The notes below the pieces were generated by a model. It was not told the DNA's origin. It searched no databases and saw only the letters and a program-made list of their open reading frames with translations. Made by a program: the position numbers and the translations under genes. 64,000 bases of DNA from a virus, in IMG/VR virus record IMGVR_UViG_3300030419_006726, positions 1 through 64,000 of that record. One strand, given 5' to 3'. The first letter of the stretch is position 1. Every line of letters starts with the position of its first letter. Below, one piece after another: positions 54,008-63,700 of the stretch.

Positions 54008-54932
54008 TTTAATGCATGTTAACGATTATATTATTGACACAAGACAATTTCGACCCTTGTTGAATGATAAAATAGTTGAACAGTTGGAACAAAGAGTCGC
54101 CGAGTTTGTTGGAGCGAAATACGCCTGCTCCCTACACAGCGCAACGTTTGCTATTTTCTTGTGCTTAAACGAATTAGAAAAGCAAACAATCACAGTTCCA
54201 AGCATCATACCCCCGGTTGTTCCAAATGCGATCCTAACTTCTGGTCAAGATTTAAATTTTAACGATAATATTGCCTGGGTGGGTCATTCATATATCCTGC
54301 ATGATTTTGGAGATTATAAAATTATCGACTCCGCACAGCAGCTATCTAAGAATCAATTTGCCGATCAAGCAAATGATGAAGACCTGATGATCTTTAGCTT
54401 TTATCCAACGAAGCCAGTTGGAAGCAGTGATGGCGGAATGATTGTTTCAAACGACAGGGATAAGATCAATAGATTCAAAATGATGTCTCGCTATGGAACA
54501 TCATTTGAGAATAACAGCTGGGAGCGCAAGATAGCCGTCCCTGGTTGGAAACTATATATGAATTCTATCCAGGCATATATTGCGAATGAAAATATGAACC
54601 TGTTGGAAGAGAAGACAGAAAAGTATTCTGAAATTTGTCAACAATATAACCATGCATTCGGATTAGAAAATACAAGCAAACACCTGTACAGGATCAACGT
54701 CACCAGCAATGATCAGTTTGTACACGATATGAAAGAGAGGGGAATTCAATGCGGCGTACATTATCGTGCCGCACACATGATGGATTGTTACGGGCTTAAG
54801 CAACTTAGTCTGCCTAGTTCTGAGTATGAATCTAGCAGCACTGTTAGCATCCCATATCATGAAAAATTAACAAAAGAACAGATTGAGTATATTATTAAGG
54901 AGGTTAAACCACATGTTATCTCATCACATTGA
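54000..54932 (+). CDS. DegT/DnrJ/EryC1/StrS PLP aminotransferase
   Basis: SATFA, IDSAQ, FSFYPTK..DGGMI. Confidence 0.88.
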   Translation: MINLMHVNDYIIDTRQFRPLLNDKIVEQLEQRVAEFVGAKYACSLHSATFAIFLCLNELEKQTITVPSIIPPVVPNAILTSGQDLNFNDNIAWVGHSYILHDFGDYKIIDSAQQLSKNQFADQANDEDLMIFSFYPTKPVGSSDGGMIVSNDRDKINRFKMMSRYGTSFENNSWERKIAVPGWKLYMNSIQAYIANENMNLLEEKTEKYSEICQQYNHAFGLENTSKHLYRINVTSNDQFVHDMKERGIQCGVHYRAAHMMDCYGLKQLSLPSSEYESSSTVSIPYHEKLTKEQIEYIIKEVKPHVISSH

Positions 54933-55278
54933 AGAAAGAGGAACGCTTAGCTATATGGAGCTAAGCGATTTAGGCTTTGAGCCAAAGAGGATGTACTATA
55001 TCACAGGAGTGCCACAAGGAGAGGTTCGTGGCAATCACGGACACAGGACAGACTTACAGTACCTAATTTGCGTAAAAGGGCAAATCCGCGTCACATTAAC
55101 TTCGAAGAATGAAGTGGAAACGACAATGCTAGATGCCGGCGATATGGTATTTATGGACAAGATGGTTTGGGGCGAGCAAGAATACATGACAGGTGAAGAC
55201 ATCCTGCTTGTATTGTGCTCTACTAGCTATGACAAGAGCGACTACATTACAGATATAAATGAGATTTTAGAGGCATAA
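54913..55278 (+). CDS. FdtA/QdtA-like sugar 3,4-ketoisomerase (cupin)
   Basis: RGTL..KRMYYI..RGNHGH..LLVLCSTSYD.SDYI. Confidence 0.88.
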   Translation: MLSHHIEERGTLSYMELSDLGFEPKRMYYITGVPQGEVRGNHGHRTDLQYLICVKGQIRVTLTSKNEVETTMLDAGDMVFMDKMVWGEQEYMTGEDILLVLCSTSYDKSDYITDINEILEA

Positions 55279-55279
55279 A

Positions 55280-55615
55280 ATGATAATTTACGTTGATGTC
55301 GATGAGACAATTTGTATAACGCCGGATGATAGAAATTACGCCATGGCCGATCCAATACTAGAAAACATTGAAAAGATCAACGCATTGTATGAGGCCGACC
55401 ACACGATCATTTATTGGACAGCTCGTGGTTCCGGTAGCGGGATTGATTGGCGAGAAATTACTGAAGATCAGTTTGCACTTTGGGGGGTTAAACACCATGA
55501 GTTAAAATTTGGAAAACCAGTGTATGATCTTTTTATTGACGACAAGAATTACAACACCGACATCTTTTTTAAAGCATCGACAGAGCAATTGGTTGAGGCG
55601 CTTGAAGAAGAATGA
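55280..55615 (+). CDS. small HAD phosphatase
   Basis: VDVDETI, WTARG, GKP.YD.FIDDK. Confidence 0.88.
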   Translation: MIIYVDVDETICITPDDRNYAMADPILENIEKINALYEADHTIIYWTARGSGSGIDWREITEDQFALWGVKHHELKFGKPVYDLFIDDKNYNTDIFFKASTEQLVEALEEE

Positions 55616-56421
55616 TAATTACTGATAATCATATCTTTGTTCATGTTCCAAAAACTGGTGGAAAATCAGTTACGGAATTTATTGATCAGAACAAGGCGTG
55701 TTTATCATCGCGACAAGGCAACTACATTATAAAAATCAGAGAGCCGGAAGAGGGCACCCCTGATAAGCCTTTTGTACCGTTGAGTGCATTGGACTATTGC
55801 TCTCATATACCGATCCGCTGGGTCAATAGATATGACATGGAGCACAGTTTTAAGGTAAAATTCTGCACAATCAGAAATCCATGGGACTGGTACATTTCAT
55901 ATTATTTTTATTCAAAAGTTTATGAAAGAGAATATTGGCAACAAATTTTGGATAAAGAGTCAGTAGGCAACTTTAACCAATGGGTTCAAAAGATGTTGAA
56001 TCACGAATATCTCAATGTTGAGTATAACGATTGGGAGTGCGAAAATTATCCTTTATTGCGAAGATTTCGACATATGGAAAAATTTGACATCGGACTTTGT
56101 ACACAAATGTTTTTAGACTACTGTCTTGTTTTGGATTTGGGCGACATTGAAAAAGAACAATTTAATGCAGATTTGATCGAATCTAGGCTAGGCATCAACA
56201 AAGTGTGTAAGCTAGAGACACTAGAAAACGATCTATTACGCATATTTAAAGAAAGTAAAATACAGTTGCGAAATGAGAGTATTCCACACATACAAAACAA
56301 AAAGCGACCGTATCCTTTTAATTTTTTAAAATCTCGTTATGATTTTTACGAGGAAGAAACAAAAAATCTAATTTATGAAAAAGACAAATTGTTTGTCGAA
56401 AAATATGGATATCAATTTTAA
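55612..56421 (+). CDS. sulfotransferase (family 2)
   Basis: FVHVPKTGGKS PAPS loop; IRNPWDWYISYY. Confidence 0.88.
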   Translation: MIITDNHIFVHVPKTGGKSVTEFIDQNKACLSSRQGNYIIKIREPEEGTPDKPFVPLSALDYCSHIPIRWVNRYDMEHSFKVKFCTIRNPWDWYISYYFYSKVYEREYWQQILDKESVGNFNQWVQKMLNHEYLNVEYNDWECENYPLLRRFRHMEKFDIGLCTQMFLDYCLVLDLGDIEKEQFNADLIESRLGINKVCKLETLENDLLRIFKESKIQLRNESIPHIQNKKRPYPFNFLKSRYDFYEEETKNLIYEKDKLFVEKYGYQF

Positions 56422-56432
56422 AGGAGTAAGAG

Positions 56433-56654
56433 ATGACATCTATGACATTATCAAATCAAGCACTTGGAGCCATCATGATGGCACTTCAAAAGTCACTAAT
56501 GGAGCAGTCGGATATCGTCCCGGTTTTACAAGGGTTCGAATTCGTTGACACGACTGAGGGCTTAACGGTGCAAAATCCACCGGCATTTCAGGTGAAGAAT
56601 GCTGAATTTAATAAGCAGAAAGAAGAAGGTACCCTTACGTCCGACGAGGAGTAA
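56433..56654 (+). CDS. hypothetical protein
   Basis: AAGGAG SD. Confidence 0.7.
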   Translation: MTSMTLSNQALGAIMMALQKSLMEQSDIVPVLQGFEFVDTTEGLTVQNPPAFQVKNAEFNKQKEEGTLTSDEE

Positions 56655-56656
56655 AG

Positions 56657-56923
56657 ATGCCGAAATATATTTATCGTTGTAATGAGTGTGAAGATCAATT
56701 TGAAATCTATCATTCAATGAGCGATAAGTTGAGAGATTGTGACTCTTGCGAAATAACGGGATCGTTAATACGTGTGCCTTCTTTTACTACCAAAGTGACT
56801 AGAAGCGCCAATGACAATGTAAAAGTTGGACACGTTGTGACATCTCACATTGAAGACGCAAGACAGCAGTTAAAAAAAGAAAAAGAGAAATTAACAAAAA
56901 TTACTTATAAACCAAAAAAATGA
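56657..56923 (+). CDS. FmdB-family zinc-ribbon protein
   Basis: MPKYIYRCNEC..FE..CDSC. Confidence 0.85.
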   Translation: MPKYIYRCNECEDQFEIYHSMSDKLRDCDSCEITGSLIRVPSFTTKVTRSANDNVKVGHVVTSHIEDARQQLKKEKEKLTKITYKPKK

Positions 56924-57261
56924 ATACAATTTTAACACTTTCAATAATGCTGACGATATCGATTGCAATAAACATATTGCTTTTTGTCTACCTCAGAAAT
57001 GTCTTATCTAAGTTGTTATTCGTATCTGAAAATTTAGGAGATTTAGAGCAAATGCTTGTAAACTTCAACAATCATTTAGCAGCTGTTTATGAGCTTGAAA
57101 CTTTTTATGGCGACGATACATTGCATCATTTGCTAGAGCATGTTGGCGATTTATCCGAACAGTTGCAAGAATTTGAAGATATTTTCTCTTTAACAAATGA
57201 GGAGAATATAGAAGTTGAGCAAGACACAGCAGAGCAGCCCGCCGAAAAGACGCCGGCGTAG
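56920..57261 (+). CDS. N-terminal TM protein with coiled coil
   Basis: hydrophobic first 25 aa. Confidence 0.7.
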   Translation: MNTILTLSIMLTISIAINILLFVYLRNVLSKLLFVSENLGDLEQMLVNFNNHLAAVYELETFYGDDTLHHLLEHVGDLSEQLQEFEDIFSLTNEENIEVEQDTAEQPAEKTPA

Positions 57262-57934
57262 AAGAACAAAAAGACATTATTTCACACAGGTGCATGAAGA
57301 TGCAATTATAAGATATAACAACACCTCCTGCAATATAGAGAGAGGAGAGTTGTATGTGCAGTTTATTCAACCGGCTTTTGATGAGATGGTCGACAAAATC
57401 GTCTTTACCTATAAGTTCACAAACCTTCCAAATTGCGATGAGTTGAGGGAGGAATGTAAAATATGGTTAACGACAATCTTAGAAAAATATGATCCATCAA
57501 AGGGCTCCAAGGCCTTTTCTTATTTCAGTGTTATTACAAAAAATTGGTTTATTCACAAGGTCAAAAAGAATCAGAAACGTATTAAAAGAGAAGTAGATAT
57601 TGGTGAAATATCCAAAGACATGGAAATAAAGCACCTTGCGGCATATAACGATTATCACGAACAACGTGAGGACAGGGAATTTTGGGAGCATCTCTGGGAA
57701 GAAATAGGCACGTGGTCGACAGATAACATGAAAGAGAACGAGAAGAGGGTCTTAGAGGCAATAAAGATACTTCTTTCCAATCCAGATGACATAGAAATTT
57801 TTAATAAAAAAGCTATTTATTTGTACATTAGAGAGATTACTGGCTTAAATACGAAACAAGTTGTCAACAATTTGAATAAATTGAGACAAAAATATTTTGC
57901 TTTTAAATCGGATTGGAATGAGGGAAATTTATGA
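57215..57934 (+). CDS. phage sigma factor (T4 gp55-like late sigma)
   Basis: region-2-like KYDPSKGSKAFSYFSVITKNWFI; N-terminal HYFT; C-terminal HTH-like segment. Confidence 0.75.
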   Translation: MSKTQQSSPPKRRRRRRTKRHYFTQVHEDAIIRYNNTSCNIERGELYVQFIQPAFDEMVDKIVFTYKFTNLPNCDELREECKIWLTTILEKYDPSKGSKAFSYFSVITKNWFIHKVKKNQKRIKREVDIGEISKDMEIKHLAAYNDYHEQREDREFWEHLWEEIGTWSTDNMKENEKRVLEAIKILLSNPDDIEIFNKKAIYLYIREITGLNTKQVVNNLNKLRQKYFAFKSDWNEGNL

Positions 57935-58236
57935 AAAAAGACCTTGAAACTTTAATTGAAGAGGCACTAGAAAACATAAGAGACGATAGGGAGATAGCTA
58001 AAGAGCTTTTAAATGATACGGCAAATCTGATAGCAAACAAGCCTGATGATAGTCGCTATTTAGGTCCAGTTGCCGCAAAGCACGTCGAGACCTTGCAAAG
58101 ATCAAATGAGCAGCTTGTCAAACTTATTGGCATCCGACAAAAGGAAACAACAAAATCTGTTGAGCTGACAGAGGAAGACAAGTCAGAAATATTTAATATA
58201 TTAAACTCAGGAGAAATAACGCCAAATGACAATTAA
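57931..58236 (+). CDS. hypothetical protein
   Basis: ATGA coupling. Confidence 0.7.
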   Translation: MKKDLETLIEEALENIRDDREIAKELLNDTANLIANKPDDSRYLGPVAAKHVETLQRSNEQLVKLIGIRQKETTKSVELTEEDKSEIFNILNSGEITPNDN

Positions 58237-59764
58237 TCCCTACACATTTATATCCCCCGATGGTTCCGATCGGGTCGCCACATCGATGAACATGTCGAAC
58301 ATGTCAGAGTTTATGCATGCGCTAAATACAATGACAGTTCAATACGCCCTAGGAGATGTTGATCAGTTCGCCGGTACTAATTCTTTTCCAGCTATTGTTT
58401 TGACGGAGCCGCTAGTACTTGATGTTACAAACCCTGATAATTCGTCTAGCGAGCCAATGGAGACTATCGTTAGCGCTTTGGGCGATAACGCCGGCGTTTC
58501 ATTTGGCACTTTGACGAATCGTGGCATAACTCAGACTACTCTATTTAAAGCAAGAGTTATCGGATACCCAGGGCGCCCAGGCCCAGACGACTGTTTGCCG
58601 CTCCCAGATAATATGAATATTGAAGATCCGGTAACTAGATCTAGATTAAGGCAACACAAGACATTTTATTGGTGGAAAAGTCCGGAAGAAGAAATGCCAA
58701 CGTTGGCAATTGGCGATGTGGTAATGGTGACTTTTGAAAACAGAGAGACTTTTGACAATGGATACGCGACCCATATAATCGAAAGGACTGAGACTCCCGG
58801 AGCTATCTCTGGAGATCCAAATAGCTTGTCGGCTGATTCAATGTCCCTCTTCGATATGCAGAGTTTATTTTCTAACGGTTCTGCTAGAGAAATATTGGCA
58901 GCCGGCGAATCCGGTCCCACTGCGTTGGAAGCTTCAGCTGAATCACTTGCAGCCGTTCAATCTGTTGTTGATGAGCTGTGTAGGTGGACTGGCCCGTATC
59001 CGCTAACGGATGGTTCCGGCGCCGAAATAACTGGAGTTTATATTCAAGGCGTATTGGTCAAAGAGAGCGAAGCCGGCGCAACAGTATTGTTGCTTCGAGG
59101 TATGCAAAGAGACGGATTAGAGCCACCCAGATTTAATAGTGGCTGGAGACCGGCATATGCGAGCGCCGTCCGCGGTGGAGCCGCGCCGGCCGGCCAAATA
59201 ACCGCCGGCGACATGGAGGGCAACACAATAGGAGAGACGACCCCGGCAAACTGTAAAGACTGGGACGGCCGCTCCCCATCCAGAGCCAACCCTGGAATGA
59301 AGTCGCAAGAATTACTGATGTGGAGAAACTGTAATCCGTCCCGAGGCCGCCGCGGCCAAGAGGGATATCCCAGCTATTTTGACGGAACAGCTGGTGATAG
59401 AGCCGGCACCACTGGAGCAAATGCCTGTTCTCCATTGACTGGTCGACCCAGTGCCACAGCGCCACACGGCACGGGAAGAGCAATGGATATTAACGTTGGT
59501 AGCCGCGGCGGATTAGATGACATTGGTGATGCATACATGTGGCTGATAAATAATGCATGGAAATATGGATTTATTAGAACGGTGAGGTCAGAAAGGTGGC
59601 ACTGGGAGTATCGCCCGGGCACCAGTATGTTTAGATTTGTTGCAAATGATCATGAAACTTGGAATTCGTATTTTACGACGGCCGGCCGCGTACCCATTAG
59701 CGTTCCGCCAACTTCACCGGTTCAGACTGAAGAAGATGTAATTGCTTCTACTGGAGATTTGTAA
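58226..59764 (+). CDS. putative baseplate/tail protein with M15B (VanY-like) peptidoglycan peptidase domain
   Basis: FNSGWR..PHGTGRAMDI..WLINNAWKYGF..ERWHWEY; N-terminal IGDVVMVTF OB-like segment. Confidence 0.78.
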   Translation: MTINPYTFISPDGSDRVATSMNMSNMSEFMHALNTMTVQYALGDVDQFAGTNSFPAIVLTEPLVLDVTNPDNSSSEPMETIVSALGDNAGVSFGTLTNRGITQTTLFKARVIGYPGRPGPDDCLPLPDNMNIEDPVTRSRLRQHKTFYWWKSPEEEMPTLAIGDVVMVTFENRETFDNGYATHIIERTETPGAISGDPNSLSADSMSLFDMQSLFSNGSAREILAAGESGPTALEASAESLAAVQSVVDELCRWTGPYPLTDGSGAEITGVYIQGVLVKESEAGATVLLLRGMQRDGLEPPRFNSGWRPAYASAVRGGAAPAGQITAGDMEGNTIGETTPANCKDWDGRSPSRANPGMKSQELLMWRNCNPSRGRRGQEGYPSYFDGTAGDRAGTTGANACSPLTGRPSATAPHGTGRAMDINVGSRGGLDDIGDAYMWLINNAWKYGFIRTVRSERWHWEYRPGTSMFRFVANDHETWNSYFTTAGRVPISVPPTSPVQTEEDVIASTGDL

Positions 59765-60750
59765 TGTCAGACGATAAAAGTTGCGTAAATGTAGAGAACA
59801 TTTCAGATGTTGCGTCCGATATGTTGTCCGGCATCAATAGGAGGACAAAAGATCATTATGGCCGCGGTATTTGGAACGATGTGAGTGTCCAAGCCAGCCC
59901 AAAATTTAATGCCGCTCCAAGCGAGAAAGTTATCTCTAATGGCAATGCCTGGATAGTTGTTGGCGGGCAAGATCGCTTGGGCCCATTGGAGGGCCCTGGT
60001 GGCCTAGGTGCCCGGGGCCACACCCACACTGACAAGATTGACTTGGTTGTTGGCAGACAATCCGCAGACCCAGATTACAACACCGCAACAAATCCGAGTC
60101 CTTTTAGTGACGCAGCTAGAATTTATATTTCACAAAGAACATATTGTGACAAAACTTTCGCAATCGATCACAACGATGCAAATGCAGTCCATGAGGGCAA
60201 TGAAAATAGATCTGCGGTTGTAGCAAAGGCAGATGGAGTGCGCATCATAGGCAGGGAAAGCATTAAAATTGTAACTGGAAAAGGAAAAGATGTGAAAGGC
60301 GGCCGCCATGGCGAAAGAAATTCCCAGGGCGGTAAAATTACACATATCGGCAAAATTGATCTAATTGCCGGAAACAATCTAGATGATGACGAATTCAATA
60401 GGGTCAAGACTCTACAACCCATGGTCCGCGGAAACAATTTGGTCGATGCAATACAAGATCTAACAGAGATCATAGAGAGTATACAATCGGCTACTTTAAA
60501 TTTCATTAGAAAACAAAATCGCATCAATATGTGTCTGGCATCACACACTCACATCGCATCCGGCCCGGGCATGCCTACGGGCCCATCTGTTCGGTTGGCC
60601 ACGAATGTAACTGTGAACAGCCCCACCATATTGATATCAAAAGCGACTTTGCAATTTGTAAAATACGGCCTGCTTAACTATCGTTTAAAGTTCATACAGA
60701 ATCCCGCTGCCCCAAGATATATATGCAGCAGAGGATGCAGGCTTACATAG
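59764..60750 (+). CDS. putative baseplate central spike protein
   Basis: DAARIYISQ..KADGVRIIGRE beta-rich segment; C-terminal SHTH..GP spike-tip motif. Confidence 0.6.
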   Translation: MSDDKSCVNVENISDVASDMLSGINRRTKDHYGRGIWNDVSVQASPKFNAAPSEKVISNGNAWIVVGGQDRLGPLEGPGGLGARGHTHTDKIDLVVGRQSADPDYNTATNPSPFSDAARIYISQRTYCDKTFAIDHNDANAVHEGNENRSAVVAKADGVRIIGRESIKIVTGKGKDVKGGRHGERNSQGGKITHIGKIDLIAGNNLDDDEFNRVKTLQPMVRGNNLVDAIQDLTEIIESIQSATLNFIRKQNRINMCLASHTHIASGPGMPTGPSVRLATNVTVNSPTILISKATLQFVKYGLLNYRLKFIQNPAAPRYICSRGCRLT

Positions 60751-60760
60751 GAGCTATTAG

Positions 60761-63700
60761 ATGGCAGAATCTATATTTAGACAATTCCAAGACGCCGACA
60801 GCGATGGCAAGCATGATGTTTGCGCAGATGTTTCAGTTCCTGCTGTAGAGCCAGAACCATGTCCATCATGTGTGCCGAATGCAGAAGCCGTTGTGCCAAA
60901 CTGGATCGAGCAAACAGAGCCGTTTCTTAATCAAAAGACGTGTCAATATTCTGTCACGATAGATACCGATTATGATGGAACAGGTGGTGATGAGTTAGAG
61001 TCTCGTATGGCCGATGAGGACTATACATACATTGATCAGGCGATCGAAAGACTTTTAAGATTTTATGGTAAATTAGAATCTAGAGAAGATGATTTTGTAG
61101 ACGAAGATGGCAACCTCACTGGTGAACTGGGCACGGTCGACGCTTTGCGATTGGTTGCTAAAGTAACTGATTATCATTTAGGTGGCGACTCCATAATACC
61201 AAGAACGGGCGCCAAAATGAAGTTTCTGGTAACAATACCAGCATTCAATTTTGATGCTATACCGGCGTCTCAAGACACCGACGCCGAGGATTCTGGCCCC
61301 GAAATCGGCGGGGACTCCGCTTTTATCGACAGCATAGAAATGGACGTGCACGAGATAAAGGGATACTCCAGAAAAGTTAGGGCACTGCTTAGAAGGTATA
61401 CTTCGTATCATAAAATTTTTCACCAACTTGAGGCTGGAAAATTGGTCTTTGAAAATGGGAAACCATGGAATGGCCGCGATTATGCAGAAAGACTAAAAGA
61501 TGCGATCGGTGAATTGTTTGATTTTATTAAAAACAAGGATTATAAGCCATCAAAGGGTCCTGGCTTCGATCGAGCAGGTTCTGGTCGAAGGTATGCGAAT
61601 AAGGTCACGCTTGGATTTGGACAAGATGACAATGGCGGCATGAAGTTGACATACGTCACAATTACACAAACTGGATGCGAAGACGCAGCCACCACTTTTT
61701 CTTGCGATAGAGAAAAGCTCACAGGATTGTTAGCGGCTCAAGACAGCGCTTGGACTGATCCGGTGATTGTGGGCTACGCTTCCCAACTACAAGATATGGC
61801 TGAGATGGCCTCCGCTAGAGAGCCGATGCCATGGAAAGATTATGTAATTAAATATACCAATCCTTCGCTTTCTGTTTCTTATATGAACAATGCTGATAAG
61901 TTCACTTCCTGCGCCGCAGGAGATTTAAATTCTGGCATAAGAGATGGTGTTGAAGACTTCTTAAGTGGCATAATCGACTTTTCTGATATTATTGCGTACA
62001 AATTTGCAATAGGGGGATGTATAGAACTCGGAAATGACGGGCCCACCGGAGCCCTAACCCCCGCAGAAGAGAGAAGACTTAAAGATAGAATATTTGATGA
62101 AGAGTCTAGGAGAAGTTACGCAAATAGCATGGATGCGTGTAAAGATTTGCCAGCACTCCTATCAAGCCTGATCGCAAAAGAAGGTCCAGTAATTGAGAAC
62201 TTTTGGGCTGATATAGCCGACACACTAAGGCAGTGCGGCATGTACGCAGTTATGTTTGAGGCCATGTCTTGCTTATTGGGTGGTTTGTCGTTAGACGTTG
62301 CTTTGAATAAGATGTTGACAGCCGCATTTAGAAACATGTCGATGAAACATATGGAGGCGATGTGGTTGGGTCTGCCGCATGAAAGGAAGGGCCAGATCAA
62401 TGAAGAGCTTATAAGAATTTATGGCTCTCAAGACAAGCCATGGTTTGATCAATACGATGCAAGTATTAGCACCACCAACCCTGTTATGATGAGATCCACA
62501 CTGGGCGCAAGGGTTAGCGAATCAAATGAGATGATTCTTGATGCATATATTGAAGCGGTATTTGGTGTGTATACTGATGTTGATAGTTTGATGGAATTGT
62601 TGGCAGAGCTTGATAAGTTCCCCGGCCAAGAAATTATCGCTAGGGTTCTTTCTGTAATGGATTGCCCAATGCCCCCGATATTTTCTCCACCACTTGGAGA
62701 CTTTTTAAAAGATTTAGATTTGCCGTTTTGTAGAAATACGGATCCAATAGTTATACCAGAATTTGTATTTGCAAACCCGTTTACAAACTTTTCTTTACGA
62801 TTTGATTTATTAAAATTAGCTTTTGATCTCGCGTTGGATCAGTTGCTTGATTTAATCGCAAGATTAATTATAGAACTAATAAACAAGATTTTGTCTGCCC
62901 TATGTTCATTTTTATGTGCTGCAGTTGATTTAACAAATTTGGCTTCCTTGGCCTCAGAAAGCACAACCATGATACAGGATATGGTCAGCAGCGCCTTTTG
63001 TACCGAAGAGCCCACTAACGAGGATGTTACCGCAACGTTAGAAGAATTGTTCGGAAACTTTTCAGATGCATCTACCGATCAATTGCAGGCAATGTCCAAT
63101 GAAACTACAGTTTCGGACCTTACAACTGGGATGTCTAGCGTGCTAACACCCGATGAGTTGAATGATTTAATCACAGGCCAAGCTGGTACAAATACTTTAA
63201 ACTTGTTATATAATTTAATCAAAACACAGTATCCAGAATTTTTAGGAGCTTTTAGAAGCCCAACTAGTATTGGCGATATGTTTAGAGGCATAGGAGACTT
63301 ATTGCCGGCCGATTTGAAACGGGACATGCAAAACAGGTTAGACAATCGAGAAAATTTGGATGAAACTAAGCCATGTTTTTCAATATGTCCTACGCCGAGT
63401 CAGCTAGATGATTTCCAGGCATTAAGGTGCGCCTTGTTGTCCGGACTCGATGGTACAACAGAGGATCAGTGCGATGAGCAGTTTCAAAAGCTAAAAGATA
63501 GAACGGCCGATGACCTGGGTAAGTTATCTGATATCGCGCAAAAGGGAATAGGCCAACATATAGCCGATGGCTTGCCAGATATTGGCACTGGTTGTGACGC
63601 GATTGCATCGATTAATTCCGATGAGATGTTGAGTATGTCATCGGAAGCTAACGCGGATGTTTCAAACTTTTTACAAGAAATACTCATTCACGATTTGATT

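Noticed and set aside
31283-56421. Bacterial capsule/O-antigen locus, i.e. a cellular origin for the window
   Set aside because: No export, polymerase or priming genes were recognised; the flanks are phage-type and everything is on one strand. A chimeric assembly is not formally excluded.
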